The position numbers were made by a program, and so were the translations under genes. Shown piece by piece: positions 27,236 through 37,830 of a stretch of DNA of 64,000 bases (position 1 is the stretch's first letter; every line of letters begins with the position of its first letter). The notes below the pieces were generated by a model. The model saw nothing but the letters and a program-made list of their open reading frames with translations, made no database searches and was not told the DNA's origin. The stretch is from a virus, in IMG/VR virus record IMGVR_UViG_3300037010_002464, one strand, 5' to 3'.

Positions 27236-28249
27236 ATGGAGTTGGAATCCCTTATCAGGCAATATGTGCGGCTAGGCAAGCGCTCCCCGAAAGGGTTTGA
27301 GCCTTGCATCTGTGCGGCTTGCAATGACTACAAGACTCGCGGCGGCTTCAAGTTCGAGAGCGGCGTCATCGGGTACCATTGCTTCAACTGTGGGCTCGAC
27401 ACCAAGTTTGACTCGACCGCCTACAGCACTCCGTCTGAGAAGTTCCGCAACCTGCTGCAGTCCTTCGGCGTCGCCGAGGAGGAGCTCTCCAAAGCTATCG
27501 GCAAAGCGTTCATCGAGCGGCAGGGATTCTCACCCGCAGCACTCCAGCAAGCAAAGCCGACCTGGTCGCCGCCCAAGACCTTCGAAGCGCCACCCGGAGC
27601 GGTACCTGTGATGTCTGATGACTCTCCTTGGTGTGAGATCGCTCGCCTCTACCTGCAGGAGCGGGCGCTTGACCCAGCGGCCTACGGCTACCTCGTTAGC
27701 GATAGCCCAAAGCTTGCAGGGCGAGTCATCATCCCCTATTACCACCGTGACAGGCTCATATATTGGCAAGCGCGAGCGCTTATTGATACAATGGATCCAC
27801 GGTACTACAACCCGCCGGCCTCCGACAAGGAGAAGCTCATCTTCAACTATGATGAGCTGCAGACCGGGTCAGGTAACCTGTATGTCACTGAAGGTGCGCT
27901 TGATGCGTTAAGCATCGGCTCCGCGGTGGCGCTCTCTGACAGCCACGCAAGCGAGTGGAAGTTTCAAGAGCTACGGAAGGCGGCCTCCCACGGCCGCAAG
28001 ATAGTGTTCGTCACCGACAAGAACAAAGTCGGGTATGACCTAGGCGTCGCGGCCCTCAAAGAAGGCTGGAGCATAGCAGTCATGCCCGACGGGCTCGATG
28101 ACGCTAACCGGTGCAGAATGCGGTTTGGGCGGCTTTGGCTGCTTAATCACCTCGCCTCCACTAACGCCTCGGGCATTGCGGGAGAGGTGCTACTACGCAT
28201 GAAGTGCGACCGGACAGACCCAAAACGAAAGCAGAAACATGACCGTTGA
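27236..28249 (+). CDS. DNA primase (T4 gp61-like)
   Basis: Zn finger C-AC...YHCFNCG, RVIIP, Q-R, TOPRIM VTEG-LDA, D-N, DDAN. Confidence 0.9.
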   Translation: MELESLIRQYVRLGKRSPKGFEPCICAACNDYKTRGGFKFESGVIGYHCFNCGLDTKFDSTAYSTPSEKFRNLLQSFGVAEEELSKAIGKAFIERQGFSPAALQQAKPTWSPPKTFEAPPGAVPVMSDDSPWCEIARLYLQERALDPAAYGYLVSDSPKLAGRVIIPYYHRDRLIYWQARALIDTMDPRYYNPPASDKEKLIFNYDELQTGSGNLYVTEGALDALSIGSAVALSDSHASEWKFQELRKAASHGRKIVFVTDKNKVGYDLGVAALKEGWSIAVMPDGLDDANRCRMRFGRLWLLNHLASTNASGIAGEVLLRMKCDRTDPKRKQKHDR

Positions 28250-29654
28250 AAAGGAGCGTTTGCTCCTCAGCTACCTGGTGAACGACTCGACGCTGTTCAC
28301 CCGCACGAACCACATCATCGACCCGAAGTACTTTGACCCATCGCTGAAGAGCGCGGTCACCTTCATCAAGGCCTACTATGAGCAATACAAGGGCCTTCCG
28401 TCACAAGCGCAGCTTTATGCTGAGCAAGGCCTCACCCTCCCTGCGGTACAGGGCATTCCGAGCGAGGCTAAGTACGCAGAGACCGAGCTCGAGACCTTTT
28501 GCCGTGACAAGGCGATTGAGCACGCCATCTATGCCAGCGTCGACCTGCTGAAAGACCAGAAGCTGGCTGAGATCGAGCGCCTCATTCGAGACGCCATCAC
28601 CATCAGCCTGCAGCGTAACCTAGGCACCGACTACTTCGCTGACCCAGAGGCTCGTCTCAACCTGCTGCAGACTCAAAGCAAGCCGGTACCTACGCTGTAC
28701 CGTAGGCTCGACGAAGCGCTTGGCGGCGGCCTGCCTCGGAAGGGCATGATCATCTTTGCGGCGCCGTCAGGTGTGGGCAAGTCGTTGACCATGTCCAACG
28801 TCGCCCGCAACCTAATGATGCAGGGGATGCACGGCATCTACTTCTCGCTCGAGCTGTCCGAGGAGATGGTGTCGAAGCGTTTCGACTCGATGTTCACTGG
28901 CATCAGCCAAGGCGCGATCCTCACCGACATCACGAAGACCAGCATCCAGGTGCGGAAGGCCCAAGAGCGGGCCCAAGGCACGCTAATGATCAAGCGCCTG
29001 CCCGAGTCAGCTACCAACGCTAACCACCTCAAGGCTTACCTCAAGGAGTACGAGCTCATTCACAAGCGAATCCCCGACTTCGTGGTCGTCGACTACCTTG
29101 ACCTGATGGCCTCCAACGAGAAGGTATCGGTTGAGAACCAGTTCATCAAGGACAAGTACGTAGCTGAAGAGCTGCGCGCCATCGCCGATGAGAACAACCT
29201 CATGATGATCACGGCTTCGCAGCTGAACCGTGGCGCGCAACAGATCGAATCGCTCGATGAGTTGAATCAAGCTCACATCGCAGGCGGCATCTCGAAGATC
29301 AACACCACCGACAACCTGGTTGCAATCATCCAGACCCCCCAGATGAAGGCGCGCAACGAGATGGTCTTCAAGATGCTGAAGACACGGTCATCAGCAGGCG
29401 TGGGTAGTTACTTCATCATGAAGTTTGACCCGGTCTCCCTACGGCTGTCTAACCTCGAGGAGGACGAGCCGCCTGTCACGCTCGCTGACTCGCTCAGCAA
29501 GTTCAGGAAGCCTGGCGGGGCCGCTCCTTCACCTGCTAGCGAACCGCCGCCCTGGGAGGACGCCGGCTCATCAGGGCTGGGAAGCCTTCCACGGCCCACT
29601 CCTAAGCACGGCTTAGGCCTGCCTAGCAACCTCGATGACATCTTCAAAGTATGA
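28239..29654 (+). CDS. Replicative DnaB-family helicase (gp41-like)
   Basis: APSGVGKS, FSLELSE, VVDYLDLM, TASQLNR, LKTR. Confidence 0.93.
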   Translation: MTVEKERLLLSYLVNDSTLFTRTNHIIDPKYFDPSLKSAVTFIKAYYEQYKGLPSQAQLYAEQGLTLPAVQGIPSEAKYAETELETFCRDKAIEHAIYASVDLLKDQKLAEIERLIRDAITISLQRNLGTDYFADPEARLNLLQTQSKPVPTLYRRLDEALGGGLPRKGMIIFAAPSGVGKSLTMSNVARNLMMQGMHGIYFSLELSEEMVSKRFDSMFTGISQGAILTDITKTSIQVRKAQERAQGTLMIKRLPESATNANHLKAYLKEYELIHKRIPDFVVVDYLDLMASNEKVSVENQFIKDKYVAEELRAIADENNLMMITASQLNRGAQQIESLDELNQAHIAGGISKINTTDNLVAIIQTPQMKARNEMVFKMLKTRSSAGVGSYFIMKFDPVSLRLSNLEEDEPPVTLADSLSKFRKPGGAAPSPASEPPPWEDAGSSGLGSLPRPTPKHGLGLPSNLDDIFKV

Positions 29655-29806
29655 ACGTCGCTAACTTCATGTTTGCCCTCATCTGTCTCAGTTCAGGGTT
29701 GTCCCTGCTGTCGTCAGCGCTAACTAATCAAACACGCAAGGAGCGAGTATTCATGGGCTACTTTGCCCTGTTTACTTGCTCCATGTTGCTGATTTTCGGC
29801 ACCTAA
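29651..29806 (+). CDS. Small two-TM peptide
   Basis: ATGA-coupled 51-aa hydrophobic ORF. Confidence 0.4.
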   Translation: MNVANFMFALICLSSGLSLLSSALTNQTRKERVFMGYFALFTCSMLLIFGT

Positions 29807-29836
29807 ATACTACCTCATACCCCATAGGAGAGCCAC

Positions 29837-30193
29837 ATGGCCAAGCTTGACGAGATCACCACTTTCAACCTCGACGGCAACACATACGCCGTTTCAACCC
29901 TCAACCAGGACATGCGCGAGCTCCTGACGGTCTATCTTGAGACCGAGGACACTATCCGCGGCCACAAAAAGGCGCTACTCGTGTCACAGCATGCTCTCGC
30001 TAGTATGGGCAACATGTTCCGCGACCTAATCAAGGACCTGCCGGCTCTGAGCCCTGAGGAGGTCGACCGGTTGGCCGCAGCCGCAGCCGTGGCCTCGGGC
30101 ACGGTCCCGCAGCCACCCCAGCCGGCCAATGACCCGGCCATTCCTGGCCCCGCCGTAAAGCGCCCGAGCATCAACCGGAAGCGCGGGACCTGA
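29837..30193 (+). CDS. Hypothetical late protein
   Basis: TAAATA plus AGGAG RBS. Confidence 0.7.
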   Translation: MAKLDEITTFNLDGNTYAVSTLNQDMRELLTVYLETEDTIRGHKKALLVSQHALASMGNMFRDLIKDLPALSPEEVDRLAAAAAVASGTVPQPPQPANDPAIPGPAVKRPSINRKRGT

Positions 30194-30241
30194 ACGTTGC
30201 AGCATGGCAAGCTTTCGGCCAATAAATAGCCGCTAGCCGCC

Positions 30242-31897
30242 ATGAAACATACATTCAAGACCCTCGTAACTCGCGCTAAGGTCCTCCTCAAGGAGGACGC
30301 TTACGGCATCACTCACCTCGAGGACCTGCCGATCGAGACGTTCCTTCGGATGCTTAAAGAGCTTCCGAAGCTTCGCTGTGTCCAAAAGCTAGACGGCGCC
30401 AACCTAGTCTTAGGTGTTGATGTGCAAGGTCGGTTCTATACCTCGCGCGAGCAGAAGGGCGGCGACCGGTTCTACAAGGTCGCTGACTTCCCGAAGCGCC
30501 CGGCATATGACGGCTTCAAGACGGCGCATGCGGCGCTCGAAGAAGCCAAAGACACCATCATGAAGGTGCTCAAGCCTGGTATGGCTATCAGCTGCGAGGT
30601 CATCTACGGCGATCAGCCTAACACGGTCATCTACGGCCGTGGCGGCATGTCCTATGTCGCCTTCCTCGAGCCTGTGCCAGGCGATGACCCAACGCACAAG
30701 CTTGACTATACGCTGGCGAAGCGCTTGACCGAAGCGCTTGACGGCCAAGTTGTCAACACGAATATCGATGCAGCGGACACCACCGACGGTATCAACTTTG
30801 TCAAGATTCCTCGCCCGATGAAGTGGTCGTTCTCTCGCTCGGACGTTGTGCCGCCTGAAGAGATCGCCAAGGTTCGCTACAAGGACATGCTCGACTCGCT
30901 TGAGAAGTTCCTCGAGCAGCCCTGCGGCGGCGCCGAAGACATCGGCATCGACATGACCAACTATGAGGTGACCAAGGACAAGGGACAGAAGCTCGGCGAG
31001 GTGCGCAAGGCTCTCAATGAGAAGATTCGCACCGACTACATGATCCCGATCAAGAACGAGTTTCTTGAGAACTTGGTACGAAAGCAGAAGCCTAGCCTGC
31101 GCAGCAGCAAGTCCGATGACGCAGGCTTCATGAGTATCGAAGGCTTGATCTTCACCGACAAAGAGACCAGCGAACGCTTCAAGATCGTAGACCGTGACGA
31201 CTTCACAGCCGTCAACAAGTTCTTCTATCAAGTGCGCAACCGGATCGTCGGCCGAATCACGACCTCAAACGAGGACCTCTCCCTCGAGTCGCGCGGCGGC
31301 ATCATCGGCGATGCCAAGGTTCGGTGCATGCGCCTCTTCAGCATCCCTGACCTCGAGATGCCTGGCCAGGCTAAGCGAGCCCTCGAGCCCTTCAAGGCTG
31401 ACACCCGCCAAGAGACCCTGAAGAAGCTGCAAGAGACCGTTAAGTCGCTCAACTTCATGGCGATCAAGCGCAAGATGGCCGCAGTCATGACTCATTGCAT
31501 GTCAGAGCTCGAAGACGAGTTGGACGAGTTCAAGAGCACGGTTGACGAGCTCGAGCTTCAGTTGCCGACCGGCAAGACAGTCAAGTACACCCCGGAGATT
31601 CGGCGCCGGACGCTCATGACCTTCGCTGAAGGCTTCATGACCGTCAACCAAAGCCTGCGGGCCATCAGGTCAGCAAACGGCTTTACGGACCTCTTCGAGT
31701 TCTACCTCAAGGACGCCCTTGACGTGATGTATCCGAAGAACCCGCAAAAGGTCGCCGTGCCTCCGCCGCCTGATGACGAGCAGGACGAGCTCAAGGACGA
31801 GCCTACTGACGAAGACCTGCCTCCTGAAGAGGAGCAAGCTGAAGCGCCTGAGGAAGAAGGCGCTGAAGGCGAGCAGAAGCCAGGGGAGGAAGAGTGA
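30242..31897 (+). CDS. Ligase-superfamily nucleotidyltransferase-like protein, probably virion-associated
   Basis: QKLDG (motif I), CEVI (III), IEGLIF (IV), FKIV (V); LLKE propeptide-like N-terminus; acidic tail. Confidence 0.6.
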   Translation: MKHTFKTLVTRAKVLLKEDAYGITHLEDLPIETFLRMLKELPKLRCVQKLDGANLVLGVDVQGRFYTSREQKGGDRFYKVADFPKRPAYDGFKTAHAALEEAKDTIMKVLKPGMAISCEVIYGDQPNTVIYGRGGMSYVAFLEPVPGDDPTHKLDYTLAKRLTEALDGQVVNTNIDAADTTDGINFVKIPRPMKWSFSRSDVVPPEEIAKVRYKDMLDSLEKFLEQPCGGAEDIGIDMTNYEVTKDKGQKLGEVRKALNEKIRTDYMIPIKNEFLENLVRKQKPSLRSSKSDDAGFMSIEGLIFTDKETSERFKIVDRDDFTAVNKFFYQVRNRIVGRITTSNEDLSLESRGGIIGDAKVRCMRLFSIPDLEMPGQAKRALEPFKADTRQETLKKLQETVKSLNFMAIKRKMAAVMTHCMSELEDELDEFKSTVDELELQLPTGKTVKYTPEIRRRTLMTFAEGFMTVNQSLRAIRSANGFTDLFEFYLKDALDVMYPKNPQKVAVPPPPDDEQDELKDEPTDEDLPPEEEQAEAPEEEGAEGEQKPGEEE

Positions 31898-32790
31898 CAG
31901 CTCAGATGCAACGCTTGCGCGGCGCTGACTCGGACACGGTCAAGAATGCGTTCTTCGCTAACTACCTTGCTGCCTTGCTCATGGCACGCTTGCATGACTT
32001 GAAGGGGATGCAGCTTGTGCGAGACCCAGGTCACAGCAAGCTAACCAAGTTTGAGACAGGCATGAGCGACCTCAACTTTTGGGGGCGAGTGCTGTTCTAC
32101 CCAACAGACCCGCAGGTGCAAAAGCTGATGGCGTTCGGCCACGCCGACCTCCTCGCCAAGGAGTCAGGCCGTATCCTGCACTCGCGCATCCAGAAGGTGA
32201 TGCATGTACCGCTAACCGACCCGAAGAGCATCGATTGGGCCGAAACTACAGCCTCCCTAGTCGTGATGGCCCACCGTTTCGAGCTTAAGAGCTCCTACTA
32301 CGGCCACGTTGTGCGCGCCATGCAAAAGTGGGATTCGCTGAGCGAAGCAGGCAAGCGCAAAGCCGTCGGCGACTCATTCCTCTACCTGATGCAGGCTGAC
32401 CCAAAGTCAAACCTGCTAGCACGCATGCGGGAGCTGGCAGGCTCTACGATGCTCAATGACCTGAAAGCCCTCGCGATGAAAGTTGTCTCCTTCCGTAGGC
32501 TCGGCGAATGCCGCCTCACTCTCAACGAGGATGGCGAGGTTGTGAGCGTTTCAGGCTTTGGCAACGCTAGCATGCCGATCTTCGGCAACACGAACAACAT
32601 CATCAAGCCCGCGGGTGTTGATGCAGGTAGCCAGTACGGCTACCAAAACAAGTCCAGTACCCAAGTAAAGGGCACCAAGGGCGCCGACGCTACCGACAAG
32701 CTGATCAAGAAGCGCAAGCGGAAGTTCAAAGCCATCAGGTTCAAGGCGCCTGCTGGCTTCAAGGTTAAGAAGAGGACAGACAATGACTGA
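31894..32790 (+). CDS. Hypothetical protein with basic C-tail
   Basis: GTGA-coupled ORF in the late operon. Confidence 0.7.
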   Translation: MTAQMQRLRGADSDTVKNAFFANYLAALLMARLHDLKGMQLVRDPGHSKLTKFETGMSDLNFWGRVLFYPTDPQVQKLMAFGHADLLAKESGRILHSRIQKVMHVPLTDPKSIDWAETTASLVVMAHRFELKSSYYGHVVRAMQKWDSLSEAGKRKAVGDSFLYLMQADPKSNLLARMRELAGSTMLNDLKALAMKVVSFRRLGECRLTLNEDGEVVSVSGFGNASMPIFGNTNNIIKPAGVDAGSQYGYQNKSSTQVKGTKGADATDKLIKKRKRKFKAIRFKAPAGFKVKKRTDND

Positions 32791-34594
32791 CATGATCAAG
32801 CAACTGATGGGCGAGTTTGGCTTCCTCAATGAGGACGCTGACATTGAACGCAATGTCAAAAACCAGATCACGCATGCGGCGACCAAAGATGAGGTCGACA
32901 CAGTGGCTTTTGGCCTCGAAACCGATGACGGTCAGATTGTCAAAGTCTACGTCAAGGTTGAGGACGCTGACAAGTTTCAGCAAGAGATGGCCGCTATGCT
33001 CGGCGAGATCGATGACATCGAGGAGGCCTTGAACGAGATCTCCAAGGACATCGAGATCATCGACGTGGAGTGGCCTGAAGACTCAGAGGACACCGAAGGC
33101 GATGACGCTGAGGACGCTGACCCTGAAGCAACTGATGAGACTGATGGCTCTGAAGTCATGAATTCGAAAGTCTACTCGAAGGACAACAAGGCTAAAGAGA
33201 AGCAAGCCAACGAGGAGCTCTCCTACGGCGAGGAGCTGACGGCAGACCTGCTGGCCGAAGCGAACCACCACAGCATCGCCAACCAGCTGTCCACGGTCAA
33301 CCAGCACCTGATCTATCAGGCGATCCTGCACCTGGGCGTTCCTGAGCTGGCGCTCGACAAGAGCCCATACCGTAGCGCGATCCTCCGCGGCATCAAGGAC
33401 ACGGCCCTCGAGCTAGCCCACACGCCGACCATGCGCAGCACGCTGAAGACCTTCATCAAGCAGCAAGCGCTCGATGACCGCAGCAATAAGCATGACAAGG
33501 ACCTCGAAGACGCGCCTGCTGAGAATGTAGAGCCGAAGGTGCACGACAAGGCGCCGAAGCAGATGGCCAAGCACATGCCGAAGGACGAGCCGGTAGAACC
33601 GTCGTCTAAGAAGCCTGTCTTCAAGGAGCCTGTCAAGTCCTCCAAGCCTGCGCCGAAGCCAGTCAAAGAAGAGCTGAACCCTGACACGACGGCTGGTATG
33701 TACTGGGAAGCGGTCAGCGGCATCTTCAAGCTTGCCGACGGCACCAATGACAAGAGCTACGCCGAACGGGTCATGACCAACCAACAGTTCAAGTCGTTGG
33801 TGGCCCGTTCGAGCTCACGCATTGTGGGCCGCATGACTAACGGCTTGCGCACCAAGCTCAACCTGCTTGAAAAGGCGATCCTCGTCGCAAACAGCGTTGA
33901 CGCTGCCGGCGCACAGCTTGTGACAGAAGCGTTCACCTACGTTGAGATGGGCGAGCTGCTGGCTACGCTGTTACGAGTCGCCGATGACCCGAAGGCTGCC
34001 ATGGCTGACCGCATCATCATGTCGCAAGCCTTCAAGCGCCTGATGCTAGAAGCACGGAGCTCGTTCGGCTCGCTGAGCAGCAATGTTAAACGCCTGCTGC
34101 AAGCCGTCAAGCTCGAGCTTGATAAGCTTGACCTGTCTGAGGCTGACATGAGCTTCGACGAGCCGAAGAAGGATGAGGAGCCGGCTGAAGAGCCTGCCGA
34201 GGAGACCAGCGAAGAGGAGGAGCAGGCGACCGCAGCTCCCGAGCCTGCTAAGCCACCCGTCAACCTCGACGCAACGGACTCAGGCATCGCCTTTAAGTCA
34301 GAAGGTGACGCGCTGCATATGAGCTTCCCAGGCGGCACGTTGGAGCTGGCGGGCGAGAGCCTCGAACGCGCTATGAAGGCCCTCAACAACAAGCAGACCA
34401 TGTCGGTGCAGCTGGGTTCAGGCAAGTTTGCCACCTTCTCGCCGCGCGGCAGCTCAGCTGTAGTCAAGCTGATGGGCACCGACACCAAGATCCAGCTGGC
34501 TCCGCCGGACATCTCCGCCTTCCTCGATGCAGGCGGTCAGGTGCTGCAGGGTGACGCTGACAACGCCAAGAGCGACAAGCCGGACCAAGAATGA
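32783..34594 (+). CDS. Large acidic hypothetical (possible head internal) protein
   Basis: 603 aa with several L/V-x-E sites and low-complexity acidic linkers. Confidence 0.7.
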   Translation: MTDMIKQLMGEFGFLNEDADIERNVKNQITHAATKDEVDTVAFGLETDDGQIVKVYVKVEDADKFQQEMAAMLGEIDDIEEALNEISKDIEIIDVEWPEDSEDTEGDDAEDADPEATDETDGSEVMNSKVYSKDNKAKEKQANEELSYGEELTADLLAEANHHSIANQLSTVNQHLIYQAILHLGVPELALDKSPYRSAILRGIKDTALELAHTPTMRSTLKTFIKQQALDDRSNKHDKDLEDAPAENVEPKVHDKAPKQMAKHMPKDEPVEPSSKKPVFKEPVKSSKPAPKPVKEELNPDTTAGMYWEAVSGIFKLADGTNDKSYAERVMTNQQFKSLVARSSSRIVGRMTNGLRTKLNLLEKAILVANSVDAAGAQLVTEAFTYVEMGELLATLLRVADDPKAAMADRIIMSQAFKRLMLEARSSFGSLSSNVKRLLQAVKLELDKLDLSEADMSFDEPKKDEEPAEEPAEETSEEEEQATAAPEPAKPPVNLDATDSGIAFKSEGDALHMSFPGGTLELAGESLERAMKALNNKQTMSVQLGSGKFATFSPRGSSAVVKLMGTDTKIQLAPPDISAFLDAGGQVLQGDADNAKSDKPDQE

Positions 34595-35268
34595 TCCTCG
34601 ACCTGAACCGCTACAACTACGTGGACTACAAGACCGAGCAAGTCTTAGGTCGGCGGTTCTACGACCTAGGCGAGATCGGGCTCTACCCTAGCATTACTAC
34701 GGTGCTAGGTCACACGCCGACTGAAGAGACCAAGGCTTGGCTTGGCACTTGGAAGGCACGTGTGGGCGAATCAGAGGCCGCTAGGAAGTCAAAGCTGGCT
34801 ACGGACAGGGGTACAAACGTCCACACCATGTTGGAGCGTCACGTACGAGGCGAGGACATCCGCAAGGCTGAGTTCCCCGATGATCATGTCCGTGTCTTCA
34901 ACAGCATGAAGCTCGAGCTGACCAAAGTGGGCGCTGTGGTAGGTCAAGAGATGGTCCTCTACTCGAACACCTTCAAGGTAGCGGGACGCTGTGACATGGT
35001 CGCTGAGCACCAAGGCGAGCTCAGCATCGTCGACTACAAGACCTCGACTCGAATCAAGGACGCCTCTGACATCGGTGACTACTGGATCCAGACAGCGTTC
35101 TACGCCTTGGCTCACAATGAAATGTACGGCACCAATATCGAGAAGCTCGTCATCATGATGGGCGTCGAGAACAAGCTTCCGCTCGTCTTCAAGAAGCGGC
35201 TTGACGAGCAGATGATTCTCGACCTGCTCGCTCGTACTGACAAGTTCTACGCTGAGCTGCCCATCTAA
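34591..35268 (+). CDS. PD-(D/E)XK exonuclease (Cas4/RecB-like, T4-type)
   Basis: YPSITTVL, RGT-VH, E..L, AGRCD, IVDYKTS, Q-AFY. Confidence 0.88.
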   Translation: MILDLNRYNYVDYKTEQVLGRRFYDLGEIGLYPSITTVLGHTPTEETKAWLGTWKARVGESEAARKSKLATDRGTNVHTMLERHVRGEDIRKAEFPDDHVRVFNSMKLELTKVGAVVGQEMVLYSNTFKVAGRCDMVAEHQGELSIVDYKTSTRIKDASDIGDYWIQTAFYALAHNEMYGTNIEKLVIMMGVENKLPLVFKKRLDEQMILDLLARTDKFYAELPI

Positions 35269-35293
35269 CTAAATAGCCCATCTGGAGCTGCAC

Positions 35294-35737
35294 ATGACCA
35301 CTGACATTGATAAGCTAAAAGAGAGCATGCATGCTCTCGTGACACCGCCGTTTACCGGCACTCACGAAGAGATGATCGGAGCCGTGGGCTACTGGGTGAC
35401 GATGATCTCGCACCTGCGCTCGCTGTTCAACATCGTTAGCAGCCATGAGAACCGCTCGGCAATCGTTGATCAGCTTGAGAAGGAGGTCGGCATCATGAAA
35501 GCTGAGCTTGACAACCTCTCGGCTGAGCTTGTCACTGACAAGGCTACTGGCCAGACTTCGATGGTACAGCCTGTAGCATCGTTAGCTCCTGAACCTGCTT
35601 CGCAAACGGTGCCTGCAATGGTCGAGCCCACGGTTGACCTTAGCGTGCGTGAAAGCATGCTAGACCGGATCAAGGCTAACGCTGGAGTGCCGCAGAACAG
35701 CATCAAGGTCCACCCACTGTCTAAGCTGAGCAAGTAA
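35294..35737 (+). CDS. Hypothetical late protein
   Basis: TAAATA plus GGAG RBS. Confidence 0.7.
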   Translation: MTTDIDKLKESMHALVTPPFTGTHEEMIGAVGYWVTMISHLRSLFNIVSSHENRSAIVDQLEKEVGIMKAELDNLSAELVTDKATGQTSMVQPVASLAPEPASQTVPAMVEPTVDLSVRESMLDRIKANAGVPQNSIKVHPLSKLSK

Positions 35738-36549
35738 TGAAGCTAGTTGAGCTTTCAGGTAGCGTCAAGCGCATCAAGACGGACATGAACGAAGAGGAGC
35801 TGGTCACGCTCCTCCGTGGCCCAGCGCGCAACGCCTATGACGCTATCAAGCGTCAACCGATCTACACCAAGGTCGAGACTAAGGACCCGTTCTTCGTCGT
35901 TGACCCCGCGCGTTCAGCCCGCAAGTCCAAGTTCATTATCGACGAGCTGACGGGCATGCTTAGCTCGTGGCGCGGTTGGACCTCACGCTTGAACGCTATT
36001 CGAGGCTGGACCAGCAAGGCTCTTGCAGAGAGCCGTGGTACCGGTCAAGTCTGCTTGCTGATCCCATTCGACGGCGCACGAGTCCACACAACCAGCGGCA
36101 CCAGCTTCTACCGCAGCTTCACGAAGGCTCACGCCAAGCTCGAGGTCGAGAAGGTTGACAACGAAGCCCTTTGCGGTTGGCTCAAGAGCCTGCATGAGGT
36201 TGTCAAGAAGGCGGACCCGGACTTTGGCCCGTGGGGCGAGCCTGAGAGCGCTGTCCAGTTTTTGAAGCTTGTCGACAAGCTGGACCAGGCTCGCAGCGTG
36301 GTCAACAAGCTCAAGCCTGACGACATCAAGGCCATTGACCGCTTGCACCTGCGGCGTGCGTTCAACATGTTTGACAGCAGCCTGGCTCTGCAGCTGAGCA
36401 AGCTGCTCGACCCCGATGACAACGGCTTTCACACGTTGACCTCCCTCTACAACCTGCCTGAGAACCGCGAGGTGTGGACCGGCGCCAAGTGCGTCGTGAT
36501 CACGCTGACTGAGTATGAGCAGCTGGTCAAGCGAGGCGCGCTGAAGTGA
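35737..36549 (+). CDS. Hypothetical protein (MKL-type N-terminus)
   Basis: TAATG-coupled 270-aa ORF. Confidence 0.7.
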   Translation: MKLVELSGSVKRIKTDMNEEELVTLLRGPARNAYDAIKRQPIYTKVETKDPFFVVDPARSARKSKFIIDELTGMLSSWRGWTSRLNAIRGWTSKALAESRGTGQVCLLIPFDGARVHTTSGTSFYRSFTKAHAKLEVEKVDNEALCGWLKSLHEVVKKADPDFGPWGEPESAVQFLKLVDKLDQARSVVNKLKPDDIKAIDRLHLRRAFNMFDSSLALQLSKLLDPDDNGFHTLTSLYNLPENREVWTGAKCVVITLTEYEQLVKRGALK

Positions 36550-36686
36550 AGCTCGCGGGCTTGTTAGAGGAGAAGCTACCTGAAAGGGAAGCACGTACCC
36601 TCCTGCTAACAATCCAGCAAGAGCTGATCGACAAGTTCACGACGGCTGAAAGCCTGATTGAGTACATCAAGGGCATCGTCGAATGA
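36546..36686 (+). CDS. 46-aa MKL/LxIQQ-family peptide
   Basis: MKLAGLLEEKLPEREARTLLLTIQQELIDKF...; GTGA and ATGA overlaps at both ends; not in the ORF track. Confidence 0.6.
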   Translation: MKLAGLLEEKLPEREARTLLLTIQQELIDKFTTAESLIEYIKGIVE

Positions 36687-37003
36687 AGCTAGCTCAGCTG
36701 GTCGAGGACGTTAGCCGTGGGCGGCTGCTCAAGCTGCAGCAATATCTGCTTGACCATCTTCAAGGCAAGTTTGACATCAAGCTTGGAAAGCATGACAACG
36801 GGAAGCTATGCCTGTTCATCACCTACTTCACTATGGGCTTGGAGCCTAAGCTGGAGCTGATTCTCGAGCATGACGGTTGGCAGCTCTACGTGTATGAGAG
36901 CCGAGAGGATGAGTGGCGCGCCGTAACTGGCTCTAACAACAGCCAAGACGATGCTGACATTGCGGCCGAAGTACAGTCCTACACTTACGGCCCGCAAGGC
37001 TAG
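36683..37003 (+). CDS. MKL/LKLQQ-family small protein
   Basis: MKLAQLVEDVSRGRLLKLQQYLLD. Confidence 0.7.
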   Translation: MKLAQLVEDVSRGRLLKLQQYLLDHLQGKFDIKLGKHDNGKLCLFITYFTMGLEPKLELILEHDGWQLYVYESREDEWRAVTGSNNSQDDADIAAEVQSYTYGPQG

Positions 37004-37830
37004 CTCTTGTGCCCACCGTTAGTACTTATGATCATCCAGCCAACAGAATAGCCAACTTCTACTGGCTTTTTTGTTTGCTGTGTTTGAAGCAGTTTTGATA
37101 GACCAAGCTTATTAACCTGACAAAACTCTTTTAACCTCGTTACCGTGATAAATTCGCCGTCAGGTCGTTGTAACGTCCACTCTTTAAGAGCAATGACTTG
37201 CTTAGCACGAAACTCTCGTAGTTTTTGCTTAGTTTCATTAGACCGTTTTTGGCCCGTATTGGCTTTAGCAATTTGATCAATGAGCTCCTTCGGATGAGAA
37301 TATCCTGTAGCTAGCGCTGTCTTCTTTATTGCTGCTTTGTGTTCAGATGACAGAGTTTTACCAGTATGAGCTTTAGAAAGCAGCTCTCTGGTATGCATAG
37401 TCATTACTTTGCCTTTGTGAGCTAATGAAATTTTCTTCTTTGTCTCATCTGATTGCTTCCAGCCGCTAGAATGGGACTTATGTTTTAAACCTCTTCTTAG
37501 TAAAACACTCTGTTCTCTGATGGACTCAAACCATCGGCTCGATCTTGGTAAATATCTTTGATGTTTCAGCGTTGATTTACACATCATAGAAAGAGCAAAC
37601 GCCATCCTTCGCTTGTCATCGCCTTGAGTCATTTTAACAAGTAACACGTGACAAATAAAATGTTCTCGTGCTGTTAACTTGACAATATTTGACTTAAGAT
37701 CGGTGCCACCTAAGGCTTTAGGAAGAATATGATGTTTTTCAACGTATTGGGTCATTGATTCTCTATTCAAAGCTCGATCGACTAGCTTATTATAGAGTGC
37801 AGTATATTTGTTTGATAGAAAGTTATTCAT
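37000..37830 (-). CDS. Free-standing HNH homing endonuclease with NUMOD3 repeats
   Basis: EKHHILPKALGG, NIVKLTAREHFICHVLL; repeated S-ETK-KIS..HKG; AT-rich. Confidence 0.92.
   Translation of the reverse strand: MNNFLSNKYTALYNKLVDRALNRESMTQYVEKHHILPKALGGTDLKSNIVKLTAREHFICHVLLVKMTQGDDKRRMAFALSMMCKSTLKHQRYLPRSSRWFESIREQSVLLRRGLKHKSHSSGWKQSDETKKKISLAHKGKVMTMHTRELLSKAHTGKTLSSEHKAAIKKTALATGYSHPKELIDQIAKANTGQKRSNETKQKLREFRAKQVIALKEWTLQRPDGEFITVTRLKEFCQVNKLGLSKLLQTQQTKKPVEVGYSVGWMIISTNGGHKS

Noticed and set aside
34591-35268. Cas4-like nuclease as a sign of CRISPR-Cas
   Set aside because: No repeat-spacer array or other cas genes seen; solo PD-(D/E)XK exonucleases are common in T4-like phages.
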